Below, piece after piece: positions 18,680 to 29,613 of a stretch of 64,000 nt of DNA (positions within the stretch are counted from its first letter, which is position 1; each line of letters begins with the position of its first letter). This stretch comes from an uncultured delta proteobacterium. GTDB taxonomy: Bacteria > Desulfobacterota > Binatia > UBA9968. The notes beneath the pieces were generated by a model that had not been told where the DNA came from, searched no databases, and worked only from the letters and a program-made list of their open reading frames with translations. Both the position numbers and the translations under genes were made by a program. The stretch is from NCBI GenBank assembly GCA_963771465.1, contig CAVYTU010000019.1, forward strand, positions 128,001-192,000. Direction: 5' to 3'.

Positions 18680-19966
18680 TCACCTGCTGTAACAGCTTTT
18701 CACGGCCATTTCCTGGCCGGAGCTGACTGATTGGAATTTTGTCCAGAAAGCGTCGTCGACTTTTTTCCACGTCGCACTCTGGCGCACGCCGCGATAGCGC
18801 GCCACCCCGCCAGGTCCGGCGTTGTAGGCTGAATAGGTTGACCGCGCCAAGTGGCCGCCGGGTTGTTTATCTTCTTTTTTGGGAATCACGTAGCGAGTCA
18901 AATAGTAATGCAAGATTTCCGCGCCGGCGTTGCCGTTGTAACTGATATCGCCGTTTAGTCCTTTAACATCGTAGAGGTTGCGCCAGGTGATGCGGTTAAC
19001 CTGCATCAAGCCGACGTCGCCCGTACTCGATGCCAACGGCGTCAGCTTCGCGCCTTTTTTTATGAATTGGCGCCAGCAGCTTTCTTGCCAGCCCGTGGCG
19101 AAAACGATTTGCCGATAGAGCCGCTGATGATTCGGCGCCAACGCCGATTTGGCAAATACTTTGTCCGCCGTCTCCGTCAGTAACTGGCGTACCTCGACCA
19201 GATAATCTTGAATCTCCTGCTGCTCCGGCACCCATTGATTCAAGCGGTCGAAGTCGACCGCCGCCGCATGGGCCACCCGCGCATCTAGCAATCTCAACGC
19301 AGCCGAGGCTTTCTCGCGCAATTGCTGCAACCTCCCCTGCTCCAATTGCGGCGACGGACGAGCCGATGGCAGCGCGCTGGTGAAACCGAGAAAACTTCTA
19401 AGCGCGGCGTCGATGTCGAGCGAATAGGCTAACGGATCGCTGTTGCTCGTGTCGAGAAACTTTGCCGCGCCGCGCAAGGCGTCGGGGGTGATGCGGAACA
19501 AACCGAATTGAGCGCCGACGCCAGCCAAGGACTTAATCCCATCCATGGCGCTGATGAAGCTGGTGAACTGGGCCGCGCTCGCCGGCGAGAGAGTCGACAG
19601 CGACCGTTTCAACACCGGCGCTAAACGGTCCCAACTCGTTAAAAACAAACTGGGCACCGGGTCGGGCGCGCCGCTGGCGACCGTTTGAGTCAGTTGATAG
19701 CGGGCATCGAGAAAAACTTCGCCCACTTGATCGCGCTGCGCCGGGCGCAACTCCTGCCCCAATCGTTTGACCGCAAACGTCAAAAACGAATCCCACTGTT
19801 GCCAATCCGCGCGCGCGCCTGTCGGCAACGCTAACGCAGCGATTTGCACTTCGCGGGTTGGCGTCCTTTCCGCGGCCCAAGCTGCGCTTACGAGCGCCGC
19901 CACAACCGGGACTAGCCACAAGCCAAGCTTCAACAGACGTATCATGGTCATCTTACTTGGGGACAT
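18680..19966 (-). CDS. Secreted protein with C-terminal lytic transglycosylase (SLT)-like domain (start may be 19951)
   Basis: Signal peptide; WQES, GLMQVN and AYNAG SLT motifs. Confidence 0.75.
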   Translation of the reverse strand: MSPSKMTMIRLLKLGLWLVPVVAALVSAAWAAERTPTREVQIAALALPTGARADWQQWDSFLTFAVKRLGQELRPAQRDQVGEVFLDARYQLTQTVASGAPDPVPSLFLTSWDRLAPVLKRSLSTLSPASAAQFTSFISAMDGIKSLAGVGAQFGLFRITPDALRGAAKFLDTSNSDPLAYSLDIDAALRSFLGFTSALPSARPSPQLEQGRLQQLREKASAALRLLDARVAHAAAVDFDRLNQWVPEQQEIQDYLVEVRQLLTETADKVFAKSALAPNHQRLYRQIVFATGWQESCWRQFIKKGAKLTPLASSTGDVGLMQVNRITWRNLYDVKGLNGDISYNGNAGAEILHYYLTRYVIPKKEDKQPGGHLARSTYSAYNAGPGGVARYRGVRQSATWKKVDDAFWTKFQSVSSGQEMAVKSCYSR

Positions 19967-20000
19967 TTACAATGAGCCGTCGCGACAAAACACCTCAATA

Positions 20001-20438
20001 CTATTTCAAGTCCGACGTGCAGTGTCCGCACTTGGTCGCCTTGATCGGGATCATCGCCAGGCAGTGCGGGCACTCTTTCGTCGGCGCCGCGGCTGGAGCA
20101 ACCGGTGGAGCCTGCATTCGATTGATCTGTTTGACCAGCATGAAAATCGCGAAAGCGACGATCACGAAATTGATGATATGGTTAAAAAACATGCCGTAGT
20201 TCAGCGTCGCCGCCCCGGCCGCCTTGGCCGCAGCCACACTGGGAAAGTCTTTTCCGGATAGATTGAGAAACAAGTTGGAAAAATCGACCTTGCCCAGCGC
20301 CAACCCGATCGGCGGCATGAGCACGTCCTCGACAAATGATGTAACGATCTTGCCGAACGCGGCGCCGATCACCACGGCCACTGCCAAATCGACGACGTTT
20401 CCCCGGGCAATAAATTCTTTGAATTCTTTTAACATCAT
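20001..20438 (-). CDS. mscL: Large-conductance mechanosensitive channel with C-terminal zinc-ribbon-like motif
   Basis: [31 protein letters not shown]; NYGMF...INF; C-terminal CPHC...CGHC. Confidence 0.95.
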   Translation of the reverse strand: MMLKEFKEFIARGNVVDLAVAVVIGAAFGKIVTSFVEDVLMPPIGLALGKVDFSNLFLNLSGKDFPSVAAAKAAGAATLNYGMFFNHIINFVIVAFAIFMLVKQINRMQAPPVAPAAAPTKECPHCLAMIPIKATKCGHCTSDLK

Positions 20439-20626
20439 CCCTCCTGATTGATTTAGAAACAGTAATGGCAAACAGCGAGCAGATTCACCCACGCCGGCAA
20501 TACGCCGCTTATACGTCAGTCAAAAATGCGAAGTCAATCAAACGATTTTATTGCACGCGCAAGCTCGGGCAAGATAATGCTGAGACGGAGTTGCCGTGAG
20601 ATTCGTCAACCTGTATCGTTTTTCTC

Positions 20627-23530
20627 ATGGCCGTTTCGGCGCGCACCGGTCGGAGAATCTTGCTTCTTGTGCTCGCATTCTTAGGCCTCCTCATTGTCAC
20701 CCTGTTGAGTGTTGTTCGCTCCAATGTATTTAGGGATTGGCTCCAAGCGGAAATTTCCGCGCGCAGCGGTTACACCGTTCGTGCCGGCGCGCTGAGCTAC
20801 CGTCTGCCTTTCGGCATCGTCGCGGCCGCCGTGCAACTTTCCAAAGCACCGCAGTTTGAGCTAACCACCGAGCGTCTAAGCGTGAGCTTCAATCCATTCG
20901 ATTTAGGGTCCAGCACGCTCGGTCGCTTGGAGTTTGAAAAGCCTGAGCTGCAACTCGACATCGATGAGATGATGAAGGCACCGCGCAGCCATCCGGCGCA
21001 AATCGGCTTGCGCCATCTAAATATCCGGGATGGCACGATCGTGGTGCGCAAAGGCCGCAAGACTCTATTCCAGTTGCCGAACATCACCTTGAGCGCAGAG
21101 AACCTAAACCTGGGAGGGCAATCGGGAGTAAATCTGCGCGCCGATGTGCCGCAATTCCATGGCGAAGCAGAGCTAGCGATCAAAGGCCAACTACGCGATC
21201 TAGATTCTCAACTGATCGTCCGGCCGAAACAGTCAAAAGGAATTTTTAGCCGGCGCACGACGGAGCGAGCGGAATTGTTAAATCTACGGCTCAAGCTGCG
21301 CGCGCCGGCGGAACAGCCGGCCGAGGCGATGATTGAGAGCAAGTTCGACAATCTCGCCGTCGGCGCCTACAAACTCACAGGTACACTCAACACGCAGGTC
21401 GCTATCGATGCCAATGTTACCGAGGCAAGCATTTCGGGCGCAACGACCATCGCCGATTTTCCCCATAGCGTGAGCCCCGTGGCGCTTCAGCTTGCCAAGG
21501 GAAATGCCAGCGCGAAGTTTACCGCCAATTATTCAATCGCGAATAAGACGCTGAGAGTCAAAGAATTCTCCCTCCACTCTCATCTCGGCAAAGGCAGCGG
21601 GGCCGGGGAAATCACGTTTACCCCGCCAACACCAAGCGTTAATGCCAAGATCACACTGCGCGAGCTACCGGTGGAAGCTCTCAAGTCGCACTTGCCCGCG
21701 CCCATGCATCATTGGAACTACCAAGGCCACGGGCAACTCGAGTTGGACCTGCAAGGCGCGTGGAATGCGCTGGTGACCAAGGGAACAATCCAGAGCGACA
21801 AGTTACAGATGCGCGGCGACGATGTTGTCATCGCCAGCGCGACTGTTGCGGCGCCATTTGAATGGACCAACCCGACGCTTCGTTTCAAGGAAACAAAAAT
21901 ACGCGCTGAGAAATTAACCTACACGCCCAAAGACCGTTGGCAGGCCGCGGCGGAGAAGTTGCAAATCGATGCAACGTTCGACTACCAAGCGAAACAACCC
22001 TTGATAAAGCTCAATGGTCGCGTCGAAACCACCGGCGCGAAGTTCAACTCCCCGGATAGCACGAAAATTGGCGAGAATTTAAATTTGCGCGGCCCGCTTC
22101 AACTCATGGTCGACTCGGAAAAACAGATAACCACCGTTAGCGGCAAAATCAGCGCCGACAACGGCGAGATATTGTGGGGAAAGTTTTTCGGCGATGTAAA
22201 ACTTCAGAAGCCGGTCGTCGATCTTGAGGTTGACTATGTTCGCAACCGAGACCGGCTCGACTGCCGGCGCTGTAGTGTGAACTTCGCGGCCATTGGCACC
22301 GTCGACGCTAACGGCGCCATCGAACGCTTGATGGAAAACCCGGAGTTCCGCTTGCGAGCGCAGAGCGCGAGTTTTTCGCCGAACGGATTTTTCGAGTTTT
22401 TTCTGCGCGAAACCTTCAAACGCCAATATCCCGTGCTCGACCGGCTGAACCTGGCAGGCCAGATGGCCTTCCAGCTCGAACTCCAAGGCAGCCTTGACAC
22501 ACTCAACGCCGAAGGCGAGCTGTCTCTCAAAGGCGCCGAGCTAACCGCGAAATCCAATGACTGGCGGATCGGACCTTTCGCCCTCGAGCTGCCGTTTCAG
22601 GTAAATTTAGCTCAAGCGAAAGCGAAGTCGTCGGGCAATCCGCGCATCGGAACGCTCACCATCGAACGGGCGCGCTTCGCCAAGCAAACCATCCCAAGGG
22701 TCAGCACGTCCTTGTCTCTCGCGAACAACAGCCTGCGCCTGCATCAGCCCATTCGTATGGCCGTCTTTGGCGGCACGGTGGAGATCGGCAATCTTTTCTG
22801 GCCAGACATCATAAATGATCCGAGGAAAGTCTCCTTTTCAGCCGAAACCAAGCAGCTGCAGCTGCAAGAGTTAACTGAAGCGATAGATTGGCCGCGTTTC
22901 AGCGGCACGATGACGGGTTCGATTCCTGAAGTGCAGTCAATCGGCACAACGCTACGCACCGGCGGCGAGATTCAAGCCGAAGTATTCGGCGGTCGCGTGC
23001 GCATGGGCAGATTGGAAATTGAAAATCCCTTTTCAGCGCTGGCGTCGATCAAGCTCGATGCCAAGCTTGACAATATACAGCTGGAACAGCTCTCGAAGAC
23101 GTTTGCCTTCGGCCGCATCTCAGGCATTCTGGAAGGGACGATTGACGAACTCGTCTTGACCGATGGTCAACCGGCCGAACTGCGCGCCGATCTGCATTCG
23201 GTCGACCGCGGCGGCGAGCAGCGGATTAGCGTCGAGGCACTCAATAAGATTACCGTGCTAAGCTCCGGCCAAGAGGCTGGCGCGCTTTATGGCGGCCTGG
23301 CGAGTTTTTTCGACAGCTTTCGCTACAGTAAGCTCGGCTTCAAAGCGACGTTGAAAAACGACCGGCTCACCTTGCGCGGCGTCGAAAGCCAGGGTGATAA
23401 AGAAATGCTCGTAGTCGGCAGCCTGTTGCCGCCGACGGTTAATATCGTGAGCCACACGCAAAATATCGCCTTTTCTGAACTTTTGCGGCGGCTGGAGCGT
23501 ATCAAATCCGACAAACCAAACGTCAAATAG
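20627..23530 (+). CDS. AsmA-like/YdbH-like intermembrane bridge protein
   Basis: N-terminal TM anchor; long beta-rich repeats; C-terminal FGGRV, FGRISG, QRISVEAL, FRYSKLG; followed by a YdbL-like gene. Confidence 0.72.
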   Translation: MAVSARTGRRILLLVLAFLGLLIVTLLSVVRSNVFRDWLQAEISARSGYTVRAGALSYRLPFGIVAAAVQLSKAPQFELTTERLSVSFNPFDLGSSTLGRLEFEKPELQLDIDEMMKAPRSHPAQIGLRHLNIRDGTIVVRKGRKTLFQLPNITLSAENLNLGGQSGVNLRADVPQFHGEAELAIKGQLRDLDSQLIVRPKQSKGIFSRRTTERAELLNLRLKLRAPAEQPAEAMIESKFDNLAVGAYKLTGTLNTQVAIDANVTEASISGATTIADFPHSVSPVALQLAKGNASAKFTANYSIANKTLRVKEFSLHSHLGKGSGAGEITFTPPTPSVNAKITLRELPVEALKSHLPAPMHHWNYQGHGQLELDLQGAWNALVTKGTIQSDKLQMRGDDVVIASATVAAPFEWTNPTLRFKETKIRAEKLTYTPKDRWQAAAEKLQIDATFDYQAKQPLIKLNGRVETTGAKFNSPDSTKIGENLNLRGPLQLMVDSEKQITTVSGKISADNGEILWGKFFGDVKLQKPVVDLEVDYVRNRDRLDCRRCSVNFAAIGTVDANGAIERLMENPEFRLRAQSASFSPNGFFEFFLRETFKRQYPVLDRLNLAGQMAFQLELQGSLDTLNAEGELSLKGAELTAKSNDWRIGPFALELPFQVNLAQAKAKSSGNPRIGTLTIERARFAKQTIPRVSTSLSLANNSLRLHQPIRMAVFGGTVEIGNLFWPDIINDPRKVSFSAETKQLQLQELTEAIDWPRFSGTMTGSIPEVQSIGTTLRTGGEIQAEVFGGRVRMGRLEIENPFSALASIKLDAKLDNIQLEQLSKTFAFGRISGILEGTIDELVLTDGQPAELRADLHSVDRGGEQRISVEALNKITVLSSGQEAGALYGGLASFFDSFRYSKLGFKATLKNDRLTLRGVESQGDKEMLVVGSLLPPTVNIVSHTQNIAFSELLRRLERIKSDKPNVK

Positions 23531-24124
23531 ATGGGAGAAACTATGCTAAATCGAATGTTAATAATGGCCGCGTTCCTGATCAGCGCTTGCGTGACGGTGA
23601 ACATTTACTTTCCGGCCGCCGCCGTCGAGCGCGCCGCGGAACAAATCGTTAAGGAAACTTGGGGCGACGTCGCCGGACCGGCAAAAATGCCCGCGCCGCA
23701 GAGTTTCAACTTGTTTTCGCCGTTGCGTTTAGCAGCGATGACGCTAGTCAGTGAAGCCCAGGCCCAGGAAGCCGACATCAATGTGTCCAATCCGGGTATC
23801 CGCGCGTTGAAAGATTCGATCAAAGCGCGAAGCGCGGCCATCATGCCGTTTATGGATCGTGGTAACATTGGCATCGCTCAGGACGGCCTGCTTGCCATCC
23901 GCAGCACCGAAGGGCTCAATCTCAAAGAGCGCGCCGAAACCCAGCAACTCGTCGACGCCGAAAACCGCGACCGGGAAAATCTCTACGCCGAGATCGCCAA
24001 AGCCAACGGCTTCCAGAAAGAAAGCATCGCCAAGATCAAGACCATTTTCGCCAAAAGCTGGCTCGATCAAGCGCGCCCAGGCTGGTGGATACAGGACGGT
24101 CCGGGAAATTGGAAGAAAAAATAG
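23531..24124 (+). CDS. YdbL/DUF1318-family lipoprotein (start may be 23543)
   Basis: Lipobox ISAC-VTVNIYFP; GNIG...DGLL; LVDAENRDR-LYAEIA; A-PGWWIQ-GNW. Confidence 0.8.
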   Translation: MGETMLNRMLIMAAFLISACVTVNIYFPAAAVERAAEQIVKETWGDVAGPAKMPAPQSFNLFSPLRLAAMTLVSEAQAQEADINVSNPGIRALKDSIKARSAAIMPFMDRGNIGIAQDGLLAIRSTEGLNLKERAETQQLVDAENRDRENLYAEIAKANGFQKESIAKIKTIFAKSWLDQARPGWWIQDGPGNWKKK

Positions 24125-24155
24125 CCTCGTGCCAACTCAAAGGAGAGACGCAGTC

Positions 24156-24680
24156 ATGAGACGCATATTTGTGATACCGTTGCGAATATTTTTTTTCATC
24201 GTTGCGCTGGGTCTACTAAACGTTTGGTCCTATGCTCAAACTACGAAAGGAGCGTATACAACCACGGCCGACGTGCCGCTGCGCAGCGGGCCGGGGAACT
24301 TCCACGAAGTCGTCACGACGCTACCGAAGGGCATCAATATCAACGTCGTCGGCAAAGAAGGTTTCTGGCTGAAGATCGAATCCAAACACGGCGACAAGCC
24401 GGGCTACATCGACGAACAGTTCGCTAAACCGTTAACGACGGAACCGGCCGCGCAAACCAGTGCGAGCACCAATCCAATCGCCGGCCCGTACCGCACGCTG
24501 AAGGAACTCGACCTACACGAAGGGCCGGGAACAAAATACCCGACCGTCGCGAGAGTCCCAGCCGACGTCAAGGTCAACGTCTTGCGCGCCGAAGGCGACT
24601 GGCTGAGAGTCGAATCGAAACAAGGCGGCAAACCGGGCTACGTCGACAAACGCGACGTCGAGCGCTGGCGCGATCGTTAA
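24156..24680 (+). CDS. Secreted protein with two bacterial SH3 (SH3b) domains
   Basis: GGAG RBS; signal peptide; two repeats LRSGPG...WLKI...GYID and LHEGPG...WLRV...GYVD. Confidence 0.8.
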   Translation: MRRIFVIPLRIFFFIVALGLLNVWSYAQTTKGAYTTTADVPLRSGPGNFHEVVTTLPKGININVVGKEGFWLKIESKHGDKPGYIDEQFAKPLTTEPAAQTSASTNPIAGPYRTLKELDLHEGPGTKYPTVARVPADVKVNVLRAEGDWLRVESKQGGKPGYVDKRDVERWRDR

Positions 24681-24791
24681 TGAAATAGACCAAAGGACTT
24701 TTCACCGCGAAGGAGCGGAACTCGTCGAGATTGGTTTTATACTCTTCCTCCTCGTCGTTCGACAAACCGCCGCATACTCGCAGCCAACTCG

Positions 24792-25604
24792 TTACCCTTT
24801 GCCCAACTCCTGTGAGCGTTTGGTCGCGCTAACCACCGCTTCCATCACGGTGCCGTGAAAACCTTTTTGCTCCATGGCGTAGAGGCCGGCGATGGTCGTA
24901 CCTCCGGGTGAAGTGACTTCGTCCTTCAACTCGCCTAAATGCTTGTTTGCTTCCAACGCCATTTTCGCGGCGCCGTAGACGGTTTGCACGGCGAGCTTGA
25001 GCGCGACGTCGCGCGCGAGGCCGACCTGCACGCCGCCGTCGGCGAGCGCTTCCATGAATAGATATACATAAGCCGGCCCGCTGCCGCTGAGGCCGGTGAC
25101 CGCGTCCAAATATTTTTCTTCCACCGCCATACCGACGCCGAAGCTGTTGAGAATCGCGCCGACCTTCTCCAAGTCGGCAGCGGTCGCATGGGCGCCGCCA
25201 GCGTAGCCCGCCGCGCCGGCGCCGACGACGCAAGCAATGTTGGGCATCACCCGGACGACGCGCGCTCCTTGGGCCAAACCAGCCTCGATGCGCGCCAATG
25301 GCACGCCGGCGGCGACTGACACCAACAATTTTTTCGCGCCGAGCTTTTTGGCGATCTCGCGGGCTACCGAGTCGACGATCTGCGGTTTGACGGCGAGAAT
25401 GACAATGTCGGCGAAGTCACAGAGTGTAGCGTTGTCTGCGCTGACTTTGATGCCTAGTTCATCGCCCGCCGCCTGACGCAGCGCTTCGCTGACATCGCTA
25501 GCCATTACGTTCTCTTTCGCGGTAAGCCCCGCGCCGATAACGCCGCGCGCGATCGCTGAACCGATTTTTCCCGCACCGATCACACCGATTTTTTCCGTCA
25601 ACAC
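24792..25604 (-). CDS. proC: Pyrroline-5-carboxylate reductase
   Basis: IGAGKIG, LAVKPQ, SVAAGV, RVMPN, TGLSGSGPAY, VTSPGGTTIAG; AGGAGG RBS before GTG 25604. Confidence 0.96.
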   Translation of the reverse strand: MLTEKIGVIGAGKIGSAIARGVIGAGLTAKENVMASDVSEALRQAAGDELGIKVSADNATLCDFADIVILAVKPQIVDSVAREIAKKLGAKKLLVSVAAGVPLARIEAGLAQGARVVRVMPNIACVVGAGAAGYAGGAHATAADLEKVGAILNSFGVGMAVEEKYLDAVTGLSGSGPAYVYLFMEALADGGVQVGLARDVALKLAVQTVYGAAKMALEANKHLGELKDEVTSPGGTTIAGLYAMEQKGFHGTVMEAVVSATKRSQELGKG

Positions 25605-25812
25605 TGGAAACCTCCTGGGTGGCACATCGAATAGACGCCAGCATAAATGCTAGCAGCAAGAACTTCAAAGGCCGAAAAAATGAAAAGGCCCGCGGCAGTT
25701 AGCCGAAGGCCTTCAATTCAAAACGCAGCTCAGACAGTGCCAAGGGGCGAGCGTGGAGCAGTCACCCAATTCCTGACTGCCGACTTCTGACTCCTGTCTT
25801 CCGAATTCTCTT

Positions 25813-28800
25813 CTAATACCGTTTGCCCAGATCCTGCAGCGCTTTCAACGCTTCGGCGTCATCGGCAGTGAGCGAAAGAATTTCGCGATACTTTTGTTCA
25901 GCTTGGTTGATCTTCCCCAACTGGGCATAGGATTGACCTAGCGCAAAGCGCAAATCGGTGCGGCGCCGCCGCATGCGCAATGCCTGCTCATAAGCCTCAG
26001 CGGCTTTCTCCCACATCGCAAGCTTGTAGTAGACCGCGCCCATTTCTGAATAGAAAGTTGCCGAGTCCTCGCCCTTGGCACGCGTCTTTTCCAATAACAC
26101 GCGCGCTTCCTGCAGCAGTTTCTTGCTCTGGGCTTCGTCCTTCAAACGCTGAGCACTCGCTAGGTTCCACCTTCCCCAGGCGAGCAGAACGGCCGGATGT
26201 TCCGGGTGGAGATCGCGCGCCTGCACGAACCATTTCTCCGCTTCCGGAAGATCGCCGGAATGAAGCGCGATATTTCCCAAGCCCAGATAAGGTAAAACCT
26301 CTTTGCTGCCCATTTTGATTATTTTCCCGTACACTTCCTTGGCATCGGGCAAATAAAATTCGTCGCTCATCGCCAGAACGTCAGGAATGTATTCTGCGCC
26401 CTGCTCCAGGGCTGCAAACGCTTCCTTGGCGCCCTCGGCGCTTTTGTCCTGCTCCAAAAGAATTTTCATCTTGAGCAGGTGAAATCTCGGGTTCTTGGGT
26501 TCGAGGCGAATTGCCTCCTCTAATTCATTCAACGCCCGGCCGCGTGAAACGCTCGCCGAGTAGGATTGTGCCATGTAAAAATGGTGCATGGCTTGCGGCA
26601 CCGGCAGCGCTGACGTTTTTAACCACGGCGGGCTGTCGACCAGAAATGGCGTCATGATCTTACGGTTGAGTTCGGTGGTGGAGCGGCGCAAACTCTTCGG
26701 CGCGGAGAATTCCAACTGTGCGCCGTCGTCGGTATTGATCGACGCGCCTTTGGAAAACGCCAGAAAACCTTCTCGATTCATCCGGTAAAAACCCTGCACC
26801 GCGTAGACATCGGAAAGGCCGAGATAATCGAGATCCGATTGCAGCATTTTGTTGTTGTCATAAATCGCTTTGACCGCCGGATAATTGAACTTCTGTTCCG
26901 TCTTGCTGCCGATGAGAAGGAAGTCGCTTTCTTTCATGCTCCACAGTGAAACGTAGGGGAACGCCTCGGCGAAGGTCCGAAACACCATGCGGAAGTCGTC
27001 CGGCGACATCGAATAATTGTGAAACCACTGGGCGAAAATGCCGTCGTTTTTGATCTTCGATTTGACGACGGAATAAAATTCGCGCGTGTAAAGGTTGGCG
27101 ATGCCGGCGATCCACGGGTTGGACGGCTCGGCGGTAATGACATCGTAGAATTTCGGCGTGGCGAGAATATAATTTTTGCCGTCGGTGGGAATCACCCGCA
27201 CCCGCGGGTCTTCGAGGACGCTCGAATGGCGCGAATGACGCGCATTGCGCGATAACCGGTCGATGGCGCCGCGGTAGTTAAGATCCTCGGAGCGCTTCAT
27301 CAGCTCGGTGCGCGCTTCAGGTTCCATCACACCTTTGTAATAGAGCCGCTCTTCTTTCGCGTTATACCAAATCCGGCTCTTGGAATCGTCGGCGGGGAAT
27401 GTCACGCCGTCGGGAAACTTATCGATCTTGACCGAGGCGCGGTCAAAAAACTTACTCGCTTCAATCATGGCCGGTTCGATTTCGATGACTTCGATGTCCT
27501 TGAGCGACTTAAAAGTTGCCAACGCCTTGGCCGACATGCCGCTGCCGAGACCGATGGTCAGCGCGGTTTCGGCTTTCGGGTTAAGCATCATGGCGATGTA
27601 GCTGGTCATTAACTGGCTCAGCGCGTCGCCATAGGAGCCGTCGATTTTGCCGTTGGAGCGAAAATACAGGTAATCGCTGCCGGTGATCCGATGAACGCTC
27701 ACCGTAGTGGTCAAACCTTCGCGGTAAAACAGTACGTCGTCGCGCTTCATCTCTTCCCGCCGCAAGCTGTCGGTCGGCAGCGACTCGTAACGGTCGGCAT
27801 ACACCGTTACGCCGCTGGTGAGGATGCTCGGATCCCAGCGGCGAATCTTGAACGGCACGATCGCCGCCAGCACCAACACGGCGACACCGAGAGTATAACG
27901 CGGCAACGGCGCGAGCTTGTGATCGCAAATCAACAGCCAAGCGCCGATCAAAAGATTCATCACCACGGCGAAAATGATCGTGTTCTGCACCCCGAGGTTG
28001 GGGATCAAAATAAATCCGCCGGCAAACGCGCCGAGTACGGCGCCGACGGTATTGGCCGCATAGGAACTGCCGACGCCGCTACCGACGCGGTACAAGCTTT
28101 GGGTGAACAAACGCGCGACCAGAGGAAACGTCATGCCCAAGAGAATCGTTGGCACGAACATCACCAGCGCCGACAGAAATATTTGCAGATAGAGAAACAC
28201 GGTAAAGGTGTCGCCGAAGCCGTGCAGCAACCGGACGAAGATCAATGGCAGTTTTTCAAAAAGCGGAATCGTCGCCAACGCTGATAAGCCGACCCAGAGC
28301 TCGATCAAACCGAAGGTGCTCAAACGCGCCTCCCGGCCGCCCAACACCCGTGCGTAGAAAAACCCGCCGAGCGCTAGGCCGATCAAGAAAGTTACTAACA
28401 TCGTCGAGAAAGAATAAATCGAGCTGCCAATGACCAGGGTCAAGGCGCGTGTCCAAGCGTTCTCATAAACCAAGGAGGCGAAGCCGGAGAGCGCGAACGA
28501 TGTTAAAACCACCCAGGCAAGCGCACGGTTCGATGACGACGAGCCGTTCTCGGTTGCCGGCGCATCGCTCACCGTCTCCGCCGTTTCCTGCTCGGCGGGC
28601 AATGGCATTTTGTCGCGCAGCCTGTCGACGATGAGAATCACCGCGGCGATCACCAGGTTGACACTAGCGGCAACGAACACCGTCGCGCGCATGCCGAGAG
28701 TCGGGATCAGTACAAAACCGCCCGCGGCGCAGCCGATCACCGCGCCGAGCGTGTTGGTGGCGTAGAGATCGCCAACCCGACGGCCGAACTGCGCATAACT

Positions 28801-29259
28801 CTTGACGAAGAACCGGCTCAGCACCGGCAACGTCGCGCCCATCAGCAAGGTTGGAAAAACCAACAAAACAAAGGACAGAAAAAACAGCACGAGATTAAAT
28901 ATAAATGGATACGATTGGTTGAGGCCGAAGATCGGGCCGTAAAGTTTTTGCGCGCCGGCGAACAGCCACGGCACGAGAAATCCGTAAACACCGACACCGG
29001 CTTCGAGAATACCGTAGAGAACAAAATCATTTTTGCCGCGGTCGGCGATCTTGCCGAACCAATAGCTGCCGATCGCTAGTCCCGCCATGAACGCCGACAA
29101 CACCGTCGCGATCGCGTACGTCGTGTTGCCGAAAATCTGCGTCAGCATACGCGTCCACACCACTTGATAAATCAAACCCGCGGCGCCGGAAAAGAAAAAA
29201 CAGAACAGTCCGACGATGAGAAGCCAGTCTTGTTTGGAACGCGGCACACCATCCGTCAT
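25813..29259 (-). CDS. Fused membrane domain / spermidine-synthase-like SAM-binding domain / TPR protein
   Basis: Two membrane repeats (SGAAGLIYQVVW, SGFASLVYENAW; LYATNTLG, YAANTVG); IGLGSG, EIEP, DG-NY, DVITAEPSNPWIAG; C-terminal TPRs. Confidence 0.88.
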   Translation of the reverse strand: MTDGVPRSKQDWLLIVGLFCFFFSGAAGLIYQVVWTRMLTQIFGNTTYAIATVLSAFMAGLAIGSYWFGKIADRGKNDFVLYGILEAGVGVYGFLVPWLFAGAQKLYGPIFGLNQSYPFIFNLVLFFLSFVLLVFPTLLMGATLPVLSRFFVKSYAQFGRRVGDLYATNTLGAVIGCAAGGFVLIPTLGMRATVFVAASVNLVIAAVILIVDRLRDKMPLPAEQETAETVSDAPATENGSSSSNRALAWVVLTSFALSGFASLVYENAWTRALTLVIGSSIYSFSTMLVTFLIGLALGGFFYARVLGGREARLSTFGLIELWVGLSALATIPLFEKLPLIFVRLLHGFGDTFTVFLYLQIFLSALVMFVPTILLGMTFPLVARLFTQSLYRVGSGVGSSYAANTVGAVLGAFAGGFILIPNLGVQNTIIFAVVMNLLIGAWLLICDHKLAPLPRYTLGVAVLVLAAIVPFKIRRWDPSILTSGVTVYADRYESLPTDSLRREEMKRDDVLFYREGLTTTVSVHRITGSDYLYFRSNGKIDGSYGDALSQLMTSYIAMMLNPKAETALTIGLGSGMSAKALATFKSLKDIEVIEIEPAMIEASKFFDRASVKIDKFPDGVTFPADDSKSRIWYNAKEERLYYKGVMEPEARTELMKRSEDLNYRGAIDRLSRNARHSRHSSVLEDPRVRVIPTDGKNYILATPKFYDVITAEPSNPWIAGIANLYTREFYSVVKSKIKNDGIFAQWFHNYSMSPDDFRMVFRTFAEAFPYVSLWSMKESDFLLIGSKTEQKFNYPAVKAIYDNNKMLQSDLDYLGLSDVYAVQGFYRMNREGFLAFSKGASINTDDGAQLEFSAPKSLRRSTTELNRKIMTPFLVDSPPWLKTSALPVPQAMHHFYMAQSYSASVSRGRALNELEEAIRLEPKNPRFHLLKMKILLEQDKSAEGAKEAFAALEQGAEYIPDVLAMSDEFYLPDAKEVYGKIIKMGSKEVLPYLGLGNIALHSGDLPEAEKWFVQARDLHPEHPAVLLAWGRWNLASAQRLKDEAQSKKLLQEARVLLEKTRAKGEDSATFYSEMGAVYYKLAMWEKAAEAYEQALRMRRRRTDLRFALGQSYAQLGKINQAEQKYREILSLTADDAEALKALQDLGKRY

Positions 29260-29613
29260 AGAGTATCTCCTGCAAACATCCGCAAAGAATTCAAAGATTG
29301 ATAGCAAGCCGTGGGTTAACTGTAAAGGGTAACGCGCGCCAACAAATGCTTCGCGCAGCGTCGTTGCGATGCGGGACAATCATTCCGCGCACGAGTGAAA
29401 ACGATGCGCGCCGGCCACCGCGTTCGTTGACTTCAAGAAAAAATTCATATAGGCATTAGGACCGTCCAAACTTCTAGAATCTGAAATTCATCCCCGTATT
29501 ATTACTCGGGTTTGGTCTCAAATGTTCGTGGTTGGTTTCAAATGCAGGACCTATTTTTTACGCTGACGTAGATATCGCGGCCAGAATAAACATAAACGAT
29601 TCGGAGGAAAGCA

